Shown here: piece by piece, positions 26,792 to 37,100 of the stretch | How the letters are laid out: every line of letters begins with the position of its first letter | How positions within the stretch are numbered: position 1 is the stretch's first letter | Virus record (IMG/VR): IMGVR_UViG_3300044996_000496 | Location: 23,579 to 87,578 of that record | Length of the DNA: 64,000 nucleotides | DNA from: a virus | Strand: one strand, 5' to 3' | Notes under the pieces: generated by a model | What the model was told of the DNA's origin: nothing | The model's input: the letters and a program-made list of their open reading frames with translations, nothing else | The model's database searches: none | Translations under genes and position numbers: made by a program

Positions 26792-27853
26792 ATGTCTTAT
26801 TCTGATATAACAATTACTTTTGATGCTATAGCTGAGGCAGAGTCTATAAACATTTGTAAGGCTGATACTGAAGGCGGGGTATATGCTGTTATAGCGAATG
26901 TTGCCGCAGACTCAACAAGTTATGTGGATAAATTTGGAACAATAGGAAGTTGGTACGCAGTAGCCCCTGTTATTAGTGGATTTGAGTATGGCTCTTTGAG
27001 AAACTGGCAAATGGGGTTTGGCCGCGATATAGATTTAATGGCGGATCAGGTAAGAAGATTATTGCCAGATCCCAAATCTACGTTTTCCCCGCAGACTCGC
27101 GAGGAGCTTGGCACTGCAAGTGGATCACTAGCATCTCCCACAGATGAGGAATTTGAGGTTGACTATTTGCCGATGGCTGCTTATGGCGTTTTTCTTTGGG
27201 TTGACCGATATCCATACGAATTAATTATTCATTCTGGATTTTTGGACTCTAATCGCAATCAGGCTATTTTGAGCAGGGAGAATGGTACGTTTGTTGTTCC
27301 GTATTGTAAACATTCTGGAACGGTATACGCTAACTATATTTGGGAAGAGCCTAAAGCATATAAATTTTCCGATTATGAGATAAGGCTGTTCTTAAAGGAC
27401 TCGGTTCCAGAAATCAATAGTATGTTTGGATGTTCGATAGCAACCAGTGGACTTGGTGACGATTTAACATTTACGTCAACCCTTACACCAACTCAATCGC
27501 AGGCTCTTGTTCTTATGGCTACAATATCGGCCAAGCAGGCGCTGAAGTCAACTGGTACTCTTGACGCAATTTACATAAAAGATGGAGACACGGTAATTGA
27601 TACATCTAGAGCACTAAAGACAGCAAGAGATGAAATTAGCGACTTACGGCATAGATTGCAGCAATTATTGGAAAATAGTTACATGTATGATCAGGTTGCA
27701 GAGTCAGCTGGATATTGGGTTGGATACCGTATAGACAATTATTCAACCGCCGTAGACGATACTCAAACTGGTTTGATTTCAATAGGGGCATATATGGAGT
27801 TGAATAACATAAGCGAAGGGAAGGCGCTTATGCAAGGATACGATAATTCATAA
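26792..27853 (+). CDS. Head-tail adaptor with N-terminal and inserted accessory domains
   Basis: VRRLLPD...YKFSDYEI adaptor motif split by an insert of about 100 aa; IKDGD..IDTS; position. Confidence 0.6.
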   Translation: MSYSDITITFDAIAEAESINICKADTEGGVYAVIANVAADSTSYVDKFGTIGSWYAVAPVISGFEYGSLRNWQMGFGRDIDLMADQVRRLLPDPKSTFSPQTREELGTASGSLASPTDEEFEVDYLPMAAYGVFLWVDRYPYELIIHSGFLDSNRNQAILSRENGTFVVPYCKHSGTVYANYIWEEPKAYKFSDYEIRLFLKDSVPEINSMFGCSIATSGLGDDLTFTSTLTPTQSQALVLMATISAKQALKSTGTLDAIYIKDGDTVIDTSRALKTARDEISDLRHRLQQLLENSYMYDQVAESAGYWVGYRIDNYSTAVDDTQTGLISIGAYMELNNISEGKALMQGYDNS

Positions 27854-27867
27854 ACAATGGAGGAAAC

Positions 27868-28113
27868 ATGTCACTGCAAGCTGCTAGTCAAGCAACTATT
27901 GGAGTAAGAAAAGTGTTTGCGTACTGCGTGTGTATACTTAGCGTCACGCTTCTTGCATATTTTGATAAACCTATTCCAGAGCAGATTATATGGATTACTG
28001 GATTTTTCTTTGGCGCTAATTTAATTGGTCAACAAATTAGTAAATCATCCAATGGAGCCAATGGATCCAGTGTGAGTAATGGCAAAAGCGGAACAGCTGG
28101 TGGTGTTAGTTAA
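27868..28113 (+). CDS. Two-TM small membrane protein (holin-like)
   Basis: RKVFAYCVCILSVTLL and IIWITGFFFGAN hydrophobic helices; GGAGG SD. Confidence 0.55.
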   Translation: MSLQAASQATIGVRKVFAYCVCILSVTLLAYFDKPIPEQIIWITGFFFGANLIGQQISKSSNGANGSSVSNGKSGTAGGVS

Positions 28114-28115
28114 TT

Positions 28116-28592
28116 ATGGGCGGTAAGTACGTTAAAGATCATCACGTAAAGTTGTTTCAAACAATTACAAGTCAAGTTCGCAGAGATCTTGGACGTACTA
28201 TATATATTTATGTTGTTAATTCGGATCCGACAGTTACTACCGAAGATGGATATGATCCAATTAATAAGGAGCAGGTAAACCCGTCTGATACTCTGGAAAG
28301 AGATGAAACTGTGTATACTATAACCGATGTTTCAATTAAGTACGGCCCAGAGTCTGAGCAATTTATTCTAACGCCAGGAGGTAGGCTCGAAGACGGCGAA
28401 GTAAGAGTAAAAATGGATTTATCAAAAGTTCTTGTTGATCCGTCTGATGTCAATGGGGACACATTATTTGATAGTGCAAGAATTATAGTTGTTGATGGTA
28501 GAGATTATGTTTTAAAGGGTAAACCAATCAAGGGGGGGCTTAGGGATCTATACTCTCTGGTAGCCAGACTTAAGCTGGCTGATGTGGATTAG
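28116..28592 (+). CDS. Head-closure/stopper protein
   Basis: GYDP, GG.L..G.VRV, IVVDGRDY; position after adaptor. Confidence 0.6.
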   Translation: MGGKYVKDHHVKLFQTITSQVRRDLGRTIYIYVVNSDPTVTTEDGYDPINKEQVNPSDTLERDETVYTITDVSIKYGPESEQFILTPGGRLEDGEVRVKMDLSKVLVDPSDVNGDTLFDSARIIVVDGRDYVLKGKPIKGGLRDLYSLVARLKLADVD

Positions 28593-28600
28593 GAGACAAC

Positions 28601-28843
28601 ATGGAAAGAAATATTATAGAGGAAATAATTTTAGTTGATGATTCTGTTACTGGTGAGTTAAATATTGCTAAAAACTCTGCTATAAAGCATATCATGAGAG
28701 CGATTGAGTTAGTTATTCCAAGGGATCATCCAAAGAAAAGGGATATTAGAAGTATTGTTTTGGATGAGATAAATGCATATCATAGAATTGTTTGTAAGTT
28801 AATGAGTGATACCGCAAAGGATGTAGATAAATGTGGGAGTTAG
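28601..28843 (+). CDS. Small hypothetical protein in neck module
   Basis: AGGAG SD; helical. Confidence 0.55.
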   Translation: MERNIIEEIILVDDSVTGELNIAKNSAIKHIMRAIELVIPRDHPKKRDIRSIVLDEINAYHRIVCKLMSDTAKDVDKCGS

Positions 28844-29678
28844 AGCATTTGTTGATCCAGAAATAGAAAGTACTTACGCAATTTCTTGTACATTTGCTGT
28901 TTCTGAAGGATATATTAAAAATCTTATGGACGCGGCTGATTATGTAAGTGCCGCGTTTGTTATTTTTAATAAATCACATGTTCGCAGGTTGTTTTCAGCA
29001 GGTGCTGCTGTTAATTTTTATAAACAAGCAAAATCTTTGTCTGATGGGTTGAAAAAGTTATCAAAAATATCAAATAACAATAGATCAAAAATAATGTTAA
29101 ATAGAATTGCAAAGAGAATTTGGAGAAATATTGTTAATAGATATGATGCATATCCAGACAGAACCTCTCCAAAGGAAACTAATCCCCTCAGGGGGGCCGG
29201 GGCAATTAGCAGAGTGCTTAAGGATCCAAGCGTGATGATTAGTGAAGTTAAGGAGCTAAAGCGAGGTCAATCTACACAAGCTATTAATGTTGGAATAGGC
29301 AATATAAGTGCTTTGAATGAGTCTACAAATTGGATTTATAGAAGACCAAGGGGCGCTGGGAATGAAGATGCGGAAGCTCAAAAAATGCCGTTTAGATCTC
29401 TTTATCCTGATTACAGTACGATATTTAGTCAAAAGATTGTTGGAAATGTTGAGGGATGGTGGGAGTTTCAACAGACTGGACCATTCCCGCCACCAAATTT
29501 TCAATCAAAAAATAGAAAATTTATGATTCTTGGAATGACTGGAAGACAGTTCAGTATCCACAGTGAGGATGTTGAGTTATTTGATAGTATTTCTGCTGAT
29601 GTGTTGTATAATAATTTATTATCGGAAGTAGTAAGAATTGCTAAAAAAGTTCATAAATATAAGCAGGCACAACAATGA
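28833..29678 (+). CDS. Putative neck/tail-completion protein
   Basis: Basic protein at the position where gp10-like tail completion genes usually sit. Confidence 0.4.
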   Translation: MGVRAFVDPEIESTYAISCTFAVSEGYIKNLMDAADYVSAAFVIFNKSHVRRLFSAGAAVNFYKQAKSLSDGLKKLSKISNNNRSKIMLNRIAKRIWRNIVNRYDAYPDRTSPKETNPLRGAGAISRVLKDPSVMISEVKELKRGQSTQAINVGIGNISALNESTNWIYRRPRGAGNEDAEAQKMPFRSLYPDYSTIFSQKIVGNVEGWWEFQQTGPFPPPNFQSKNRKFMILGMTGRQFSIHSEDVELFDSISADVLYNNLLSEVVRIAKKVHKYKQAQQ

Positions 29679-31024
29679 AGTCTATAGCAGTATATCCAAA
29701 ATTTGAGACAAGTACTATTGTTGTTAATGGTTTACCTATTTTATATGGTTATTCTTTTGGGTATTTTATGGGATTCTCTAGAACATCTTATACTAGTTCT
29801 CGTTTGTTTGTTTATGATAATTCATTTGTTGATACTGATGGAATTGTGTTTGGTCAATCGCATACATATAATCCAAGACTTCCTGGTGGCATTAGGGATA
29901 ATTGGTATGTTATGAGAGGGTTTGTAAAATTTGATACAAAATGTATAGGAAATCTGTTAACGTCTGGATATAGATTTGCAAGTTGTCAATTGGTAATTAA
30001 TCCTAATTATGTGTATTATGATAATGACTGGAATTTGGTTATTTATTTTGATTCTGGAAAACGCGGGAACAGTGTATCTATGATTGATGCTGGAATGACG
30101 AACAATATTTATTATGATCAAAATAGTAATTATGCTATTTCTGGATATGATAATATAATTTTTTCTTGGAATGATGTTTTTATAGGCGAGACCGAGTTTG
30201 AGCCATATTTTCTTAAAAATTTATTTTGGGATTATTTTGCTTCTTGTTTTGATCAAGTTGCTGCAACTGTTTCGGTTAGTGGAAATTTTAGTGCGGGGTT
30301 AAATACATTTATTCAAATCCCATTATATTGTATTAATGTATCTGGATGTACTGAACTAAAATTTGTTAATGAAAACGAATTTAATCAATCAAGCCCAGGG
30401 GGCGCTGGTGAGACTACGGCATCGGAGTATATTTCGTGCGGTACTGATGATTTATATTTAAAATTTTCATTGTTTCAGATGAAAACTTTGCGTTTGACTG
30501 ATATGAGTGTAATATATACTATTCAAGATATGTTTAATAATGCTGCATCTATTAGCGGGTATCTTGATAACTCTGTTTCTGATGGTTACCCGGAAACGCC
30601 AGATGGTTTGTCGTTACCGGAAGTTGTCGTTGAACATCTGGCAACTGCCGATGATTCTGTTCAAATAGCTGGAGATTACATGTATTATGTTAGAGATTTT
30701 GGTATAGAAATTTTTGCTAAAAATTTTGGAGAATTAGATGATATAATAAATATATTGCATAGTGGATTTTCTGATACATTATGGTTTCCGATTTATGACT
30801 GGAATATGAGTCCAGATGGTCCTGCAGATATTTTACCGATAATTGGTTATTTTGAAATAACAGATATAAGGTCAGTGCCAATAAATGATAGAAGCGACCA
30901 TGTTAATTTAAAAAATAGATCATCTCTTATTATTAGCACAAGGTCGAAAATGCATAACTATAAATTTGATAATTTTTATTTAAATATTGGGTATTCAAAT
31001 TGGTATGATATGGTGAGGGCATAA
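29675..31024 (+). CDS. Tail-terminator-like protein with about 270 aa N-terminal beta domain
   Basis: C-terminal third aligns by eye with 31027-31548 (YPE.PD.LS, Q.G...RDF.I.IF...G..DD); N-terminal RGFVKFD resembles DNRLRE-type domains. Confidence 0.55.
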   Translation: MKSIAVYPKFETSTIVVNGLPILYGYSFGYFMGFSRTSYTSSRLFVYDNSFVDTDGIVFGQSHTYNPRLPGGIRDNWYVMRGFVKFDTKCIGNLLTSGYRFASCQLVINPNYVYYDNDWNLVIYFDSGKRGNSVSMIDAGMTNNIYYDQNSNYAISGYDNIIFSWNDVFIGETEFEPYFLKNLFWDYFASCFDQVAATVSVSGNFSAGLNTFIQIPLYCINVSGCTELKFVNENEFNQSSPGGAGETTASEYISCGTDDLYLKFSLFQMKTLRLTDMSVIYTIQDMFNNAASISGYLDNSVSDGYPETPDGLSLPEVVVEHLATADDSVQIAGDYMYYVRDFGIEIFAKNFGELDDIINILHSGFSDTLWFPIYDWNMSPDGPADILPIIGYFEITDIRSVPINDRSDHVNLKNRSSLIISTRSKMHNYKFDNFYLNIGYSNWYDMVRA

Positions 31025-31026
31025 CT

Positions 31027-31548
31027 ATGACGTACTTAATGTCTCCAATAAGGATGGCGAGCCAGTCCATGGTTTACTACACAGTTAGTGGACTTATAGA
31101 CTCCATGTATTCGCCTAACTTGATAGCATATGAAAACATAATAATATCATATCCAGAATTGCCGGATAAACTGTCTAATTCTACGGTTGCTGTTAATATT
31201 CATAGATTATCTGAGTATGATTTTCAGTTGGGAGATAAAAACTCTTTTCAGAGAGATTTTGATATTACTATTTTTGTAACCGCAGATGGTTATAGAGATG
31301 ATGTTGGACAGGCGTTATTTGATCATTTTAAAGAAGCTGAGATATATTTAAAAAATTATAATAATGGATTCCCTCAGCCGTTCGGCGATGCTGCAGAACC
31401 CGAGACAATAGGTATAATAGAGGTTCAAAAGGGTCTTAGTATGTTTCCTATCTATACATATTATTCCACAGGAAGCGCAATTTCTCAGAATTTGTTAAAA
31501 CATGTTATGCGCATACAAGGTGTCGTGTGGATTACTTATGAAGTATAG
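31027..31548 (+). CDS. Tail terminator/completion protein
   Basis: Directly upstream of tail tube; YPELPD, FQLG, RDFDITIF, RDD. Confidence 0.6.
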   Translation: MTYLMSPIRMASQSMVYYTVSGLIDSMYSPNLIAYENIIISYPELPDKLSNSTVAVNIHRLSEYDFQLGDKNSFQRDFDITIFVTADGYRDDVGQALFDHFKEAEIYLKNYNNGFPQPFGDAAEPETIGIIEVQKGLSMFPIYTYYSTGSAISQNLLKHVMRIQGVVWITYEV

Positions 31549-31568
31549 TCCAAACTAAGTAGTTAAAT

Positions 31569-31576
31569 TGTATATA
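31569..31576 (+). promoter_or_regulatory. Candidate late-promoter element TGTATATA
   Basis: Intergenic, upstream of tail tube. Confidence 0.4.
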
Positions 31577-31634
31577 AATGTAGAGAATTAGGGCACTTGT
31601 GTACCTTTAATTTGTTCAGGGGGTGAGATAAAAC

Positions 31635-32993
31635 TTGACAACTACAGCTAAACCAAAACGTGTACGTTATTCTGGTGTTGGCGTATTTGCTGATGGGACT
31701 CTACTAAGTAGAGTTCAATCATTAAGTAGTGACACAGATCTTGCTACTGAAAATTTGAACGAGTTAACTAACGCCAACATCGTTGAAGTATCTGAGGGTT
31801 TGCCGACGATTTCTGTTTCAGTAGAGACAAATGAGTTTGGATCTTGTCAAAACTTATATGCTTTATGTGGAAGAAATCCAATTGGATATGTTGGCAATAA
31901 TGCAGTAATTGATGAAACTAGCTTTGACGGAACATCTGTTGACTTTTCTATTTTGGTTGAGCAGGATAACGTTTTAAAGAGAAGTTCAATTATTGAAGGA
32001 GCATTTTGTTCTGCTGTTGCGTGGTCGTTTGATGTTGGTGGGGTCGCCACTGAGAACTACACGTTTGAGGCGGACAATAGAATATGGTATTTTAACCAGC
32101 GAAAAGAAACATATTCAGTTTATGCATATAGAATTAATGATTTTGGTAGTGGGTATGTTCTCTTGATATCTGGAGTTAATGCTTCTTCGTGGGGTGCTGG
32201 TATAGCCGTCGGCGATTTGCATGGTCACAATTTGATAAAAATTACTGAGGATAACGTAGATATTGTTTATAGCGGTGGAACATATGATAAGGGGAATGTT
32301 ACATTTGTATATTCTAGCAGTTATGAGGGACACCAAGGATTGCTAGTGTCTGGTTCAGATTGGGATGCAAATACATTTGCTTCTGATGGTTCTCGCTATA
32401 GAGTAATTTTTTCAGTAGATGCAATAGATAATAGTGTTACCAATACTAGAATTCCAACTACTGGATTTGGAACTATGTTCCCAGGATTGTCCAGTAGTGC
32501 AATTGGTGGTATACGTAAGGGTATGATACAGATTCTACTTGCTTCAGGTGCTAATATGCTTACTCCTTATTCTGATTCTGATGAAATGCTTAGGTTGCAA
32601 ACATGCTCCGTTGATGCTGATTTGTCAAGGGAGGCGCTGGAGGAGCTTGGTAACTACAAAGCCTTTGACCGCTCGTTGACGTTCCCGATTACTGTTACAG
32701 TTGGCTTCTCAGCACTTTCATCTGATCTTGAGGAATGGGCTAAATTTGCACATGTTGGTTTTACTACTGCCACCGATATCGATGTTACTGACTTCGTTCG
32801 TGCGGCTGGTGTAGTGATTTATATTTATGACGATAATGAAGGCGCTGCCTCTAGAAATTTGTTAAAGAAGATAGCGGTCGAGAATTTGCGTGTTACAAAT
32901 GAGTCATTCTCTGTCGATCAGGGCGGGAATGCTACTCAAGAGTTTACGTGTACAAGTGATAACTTTGCGGTTTCTGGCGGTATTTACGCTTAG
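31635..32993 (+). CDS. Major tail tube protein with central inserted domain
   Basis: RVQSLS...ELTN and LQTCSV..DLSRE.LEELG repeated halves; FDVGG.ATE / VDQGGNATQ; upstream of chaperone and TMP. Confidence 0.78.
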   Translation: MTTTAKPKRVRYSGVGVFADGTLLSRVQSLSSDTDLATENLNELTNANIVEVSEGLPTISVSVETNEFGSCQNLYALCGRNPIGYVGNNAVIDETSFDGTSVDFSILVEQDNVLKRSSIIEGAFCSAVAWSFDVGGVATENYTFEADNRIWYFNQRKETYSVYAYRINDFGSGYVLLISGVNASSWGAGIAVGDLHGHNLIKITEDNVDIVYSGGTYDKGNVTFVYSSSYEGHQGLLVSGSDWDANTFASDGSRYRVIFSVDAIDNSVTNTRIPTTGFGTMFPGLSSSAIGGIRKGMIQILLASGANMLTPYSDSDEMLRLQTCSVDADLSREALEELGNYKAFDRSLTFPITVTVGFSALSSDLEEWAKFAHVGFTTATDIDVTDFVRAAGVVIYIYDDNEGAASRNLLKKIAVENLRVTNESFSVDQGGNATQEFTCTSDNFAVSGGIYA

Positions 32994-33035
32994 GCGTTTG
33001 CCTAACGCTGCGGCGGTTTGTGCCGCCGCTTAATT
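32990..33035 (+). terminator. Tandem stem-loops after tail tube gene
   Basis: TTAGGC-GTTT-GCCTAA (32990-33005) and GCGGCGGT-TTGT-GCCGCCGC (33010-33029), then TTAATT. Confidence 0.55.
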
Positions 33036-33048
33036 GGAGGTTTGGAAA

Positions 33049-33786
33049 GTGACGGAAAAGGCTGCTAAGAGGAATGTTGCTGCTAAAGATTTTACTGATC
33101 CCTCTACTGAAATGAATGTTTCCGATGAGGCGAAAGTGGAATCGGAAATTGTTTTGGGATACAGAAGAGTGGAAGTTAGCGAGTTTGCAAAGTTTGGTGG
33201 GAAGAAAGCTTCTGAAGATAAAGATAAAAAATATGTTAGAATACATAAAACAACCATAGGCCAGGAATCTACTTTAGATGCTTTTTATTCTGAACAATAT
33301 TCAGAAATGTTAAAAAATTCTTCTATTTTAACCGAAGAAGAAACTGAGTGTATTTTGTTAAAACGTGGGATGAATCTAGCAGAATTGCGAGAACAGTTAG
33401 ATGATTTGGATGAAGAGCAGAAAAACGTTATTAAGTCTTTGCAGGCGCTTAATGCAGAAAAAGCTAGTGAGAGCTTAATCGCAAAAGCAAAAAATCAAAG
33501 GGATGACTTGAAAAAGCAAAGAATTGAATTGTGGGAAAAAATTAGAAATTGTTATAAAAATACAATAGAAAGACGTTGTGAAGAATATAGAACATTATGC
33601 AAGTTGCAATTATGCGTCAAGGATGATAATGATAAATTATTGTGGAACTCTGTTGAAGAACTTAAAAACGAACCAGATGATGAATTTGTGGGGTCGATTT
33701 TAAGTAAGGCTCTTTATTTCTGGGTTGGTATAGACGAGACTTTTTTCGACAAATCGCTAGACGACCTCGCTGGTTTGACAGGATAG
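33049..33786 (+). CDS. Tail assembly chaperone (gpG-like)
   Basis: Between tube and TMP; GTG start after GGAGG; slippery heptamer near the 3' end. Confidence 0.75.
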   Translation: MTEKAAKRNVAAKDFTDPSTEMNVSDEAKVESEIVLGYRRVEVSEFAKFGGKKASEDKDKKYVRIHKTTIGQESTLDAFYSEQYSEMLKNSSILTEEETECILLKRGMNLAELREQLDDLDEEQKNVIKSLQALNAEKASESLIAKAKNQRDDLKKQRIELWEKIRNCYKNTIERRCEEYRTLCKLQLCVKDDNDKLLWNSVEELKNEPDDEFVGSILSKALYFWVGIDETFFDKSLDDLAGLTG

Positions 33787-34085
33787 CTGCGAGTTCCGAC
33801 GGCGGTCCTCAGATATTTAAAGGATCTATTTTAGATTGGACTAAAGAGCAGCTTGAGCTTTATAGATGGGCTGGTTTTTATTATAATTTAAGAATGATGC
33901 CCAATCGAGAGCGTCCGAGTAATGAAATAATAGACAGTGATTACTTGTTAGATAAGTGGTTGATGGAAAGAAATCTTGAAGAGCAAAAAGAAGCGATGGG
34001 TCTTCGGTCTCAAAAAACCGTAGGGAAAGGCAAAGACAGGGAATCATATAGCGAGAATATAATAGGTTCTCACGGGACTTATTAG
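33741..34085 (+). CDS. -1 frameshift extension of tail chaperone (gpGT-like)
   Basis: T TTT TTC at 33741-33747; -1 frame is open from the slip site (FFRQIARRPRWFD...LDWTKEQ...FYYNLR) into the 33894-34085 ORF. Confidence 0.8.
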   Translation, partial: FFRQIARRPRWFDRIAASSDGGPQIFKGSILDWTKEQLELYRWAGFYYNLRMMPNRERPSNEIIDSDYLLDKWLMERNLEEQKEAMGLRSQKTVGKGKDRESYSENIIGSHGTY

Positions 34086-34108
34086 CTTAGTTTGGATGGT
34101 GTTTAGGT

Positions 34109-37100
34109 TTGGCCAATAACATAGAACTAGTTCTTAGTTCAAAACTTACAAATTTTTTGGCACAATTAGAAGTAGCTAGATCTGTATTTGGTAAACTAAC
34201 ATCTGAAATGAAAACAGATTTAGATGCTTTGTCGAAACGCTCCGCAGAACTTCTTAAAGCTATCTCTCAGGCAAAAAATACTCTTGCTAAAAAAGATCCA
34301 ACTGGCGAAATGTCCAAGAGTATGCAAAGGCAAAGTGAAAAATTTAAAGAACAACAAAGTCAATTAAAATTGATTTTACGGAGTTTGGATTCTTATGCTA
34401 AAAAAATGGAAAGGATTGCAACGGCGGCAGGAAACGCATCAGCTGTGTTTAAAACAAATAAAAAAGTAGCTGGCGCAATGGGCAGACCTGAGGTGCAGGC
34501 CAGATTTACTGCCACCGATCCGAATTTGGTTCTAAAATTGAAAGACGCTTTTGAGGCATTTAATAGAGCGCTGCTTGCGGTTATTGATACAAGAAAAATA
34601 TCCGTGCAAACATCTATTGAACACACAAAAGCATTAAAAGAAGAGCTTACCGCTCTTAATGTTCTTACAGGAAGGGCTAAAGTTGTAGCAAATGCAATAA
34701 ATAACAAAAATAAAGCTACAAGAGATTCGGCCAAAGCTACACAATCAGCGTCAGTTGAGCAGAGAGATTTTGCAAATATGATGGGTGTTGCTATTGGCAA
34801 AATTATACGCTATAGAATTGCCTATATTGCATTGAGCAGAACTGTTGAAGCATTTAAGGAATCTGCAAATTTATTTATTAAGTTTGAATATGAGCTTGGC
34901 CAAATTCACAAGGTGCTTCCAGACCTAAGGGCCGACATGGACGCACTAAGATCTTCCGCCACTGAGTTTTCTGCAAAATTTGGTGTTGACTTGCTTAAGG
35001 TAGTAGATATAATGAAAATTTGGGCACAACAGGGTTATGAAGTAAATGATCTAAACCAGTTAACGGAAATTACTTTACGCGCAGTTGTTGGCGCTGGTCT
35101 TGACACTACACAAGCTGTGGAAATGTTAACCGCCACGATGAGACAGTACGGATTAAGCATAGAGGAAACGATTGGCGTTATTGACAAAATTACATATGTG
35201 CAGGCAAAACATGCAGTTACTACACAGGACTTGGCCGACTCTATAAAAATCCTTGGAGCAACAGCGGCTGTTGTCGGAGTGTCCATTGATGAATTTCTTG
35301 GTCACGTTGCGGCAATGGGTGAGGTTACTCGTAAATCAGGTAATGCAGTTGCACAAAGCTTAAAAACAATTTATGCAAGAATTTATCGCCCAGAGGCAAT
35401 TAAGCAGTTTCAAAATCTCGGTATTGCAGTGCGATCATCGTTGACAGAGATCCGTCCGGTTAGCGATATTTTGTTTGATTTGAAGCAACAATGGGACGGG
35501 TTAACTCAGGCTCAAAAGCTTAATATTGCTATGGCTGCTGGTGGCGTTCGTAGGTATGCTGATTTTATTGCTATGATGGAAACATATGACGTTGCTCTTA
35601 AAGCCGCTAGTGAGTCTGCTACATCAATTGGATATTCTCAGAGAATGATGTCTATTGAAATGGATTTACTTTATCGTAAAATGGAACAGGCCAAGGCGTC
35701 TGTTAAGGCATGGGGGCAAGAGTATGGTAAAAACTCTACAGCTAAACTCGTTGAATTTTTAGTTGCCTCTCAAAGAGCCGCTGATAATATGGGCTTGTTG
35801 TCCAAGGGTGCTGCAAAAGGTGCTGCATCGTTTTCTGTGTTTGCTGTTAAGGTTGCCGCTGGTTTTGGGGCCATGGCGGCAATGCGCGTTGGAATTAGAG
35901 AATTGAATAAGTTAATGATTAGATCCGTTGCTTCTACTGGTGTATGGAATTTTGGTTTAGGATCTTTAGCTAAAGCGTATATTAATGTCGGAAAAAATGC
36001 TAAAGATATGGCCAGGAGTGCGAGGATAGCGGAACTTGATATTAGGGTTTTAAATGTTGGTATGAGCAGAGCCGAAATTGCTGCTCTTAAATTTGGAACT
36101 GCAATTAGAATTGCTTCAATAAATGTTCTTGCTTTTGTGTCCAGGGTTGTCATTGCGGCTGGTGCATTGGTTGCGCTTGCTGCCAAATTTGCAGTATGGA
36201 CACTGGTTGCTACAGGTGTGTCCTATGTTCTTGAAAAAATAATTAAAAAGTTTACTAAAGCAAAAGTAGAAATAAAAGAGTTTGACGATTCTGTTTTTGA
36301 TACAATTGTTACTACAAAAGATGCTATTGATGCATATGATAAACAGGCTAGCAGGGGCCAGATGTTAAGTAATCAGATTAAAAAAATGGCCGATTTATAT
36401 GATGGGGTTAATGCTGGTTCAAATGAGCATAAATATATATTGATTGAAATGATTGGAACAATTCAGAAATTAAATTCTGTTTTAGGAACGAATATTGAGT
36501 TTAACGGAGATACTAAAAAATTATTAGATGACTTAAATAATGCAGAAAAGAAAAGAATAGATTATTTGAATGATAGAGTTGAAAAAGAAGAAAAGTTGTT
36601 GTTAATACAAATAAAAAATCAAAGAGCATCGTTAAGCGGTAAAATAACATCATATAGAAAGGCTGGTCAAGCTCTCGATGAATTGTATAATAAGGCCAGA
36701 TTATTTGAGGTTAATGACACAAATATTTTATCTAAGCTTAGAGGAGAATTAAAAGATCCAGATAAACTTGGTAGAGATTTATCCCAACAGCTTAATGAGG
36801 TTTTTAAAGGAACTGATATTAAATTTGAATTTGAGCCATTTGCTTTCGGATATGATGAATTTAAAAATACAATTGCTGCCGCTGAAAAAGATTTGATTGA
36901 TTATGGTATTGTTTCTGAGGAAACAATGCATCGAATAGATAAAGCGTGGGAAGATTATTATACAAATGTGTTGCAATATGCCAGTGATGTGGACGCAGAA
37001 GCTATTATGGTAGCTCAGGAGAGAATGGACAGGCTTGCAGAATCTATAGACAAAATTGGTGAGAAACGAGCCACTCAATTTTTAGGCATGAGTGAAGATG

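Noticed and set aside
20835-31634. Archaeal host suggested by GGTGA SD motifs
   Set aside because: GGTGA also pairs with the bacterial anti-SD, and ClpP, RuvC, CHC2-DnaG and a sigma70-like promoter point to a bacterial host.
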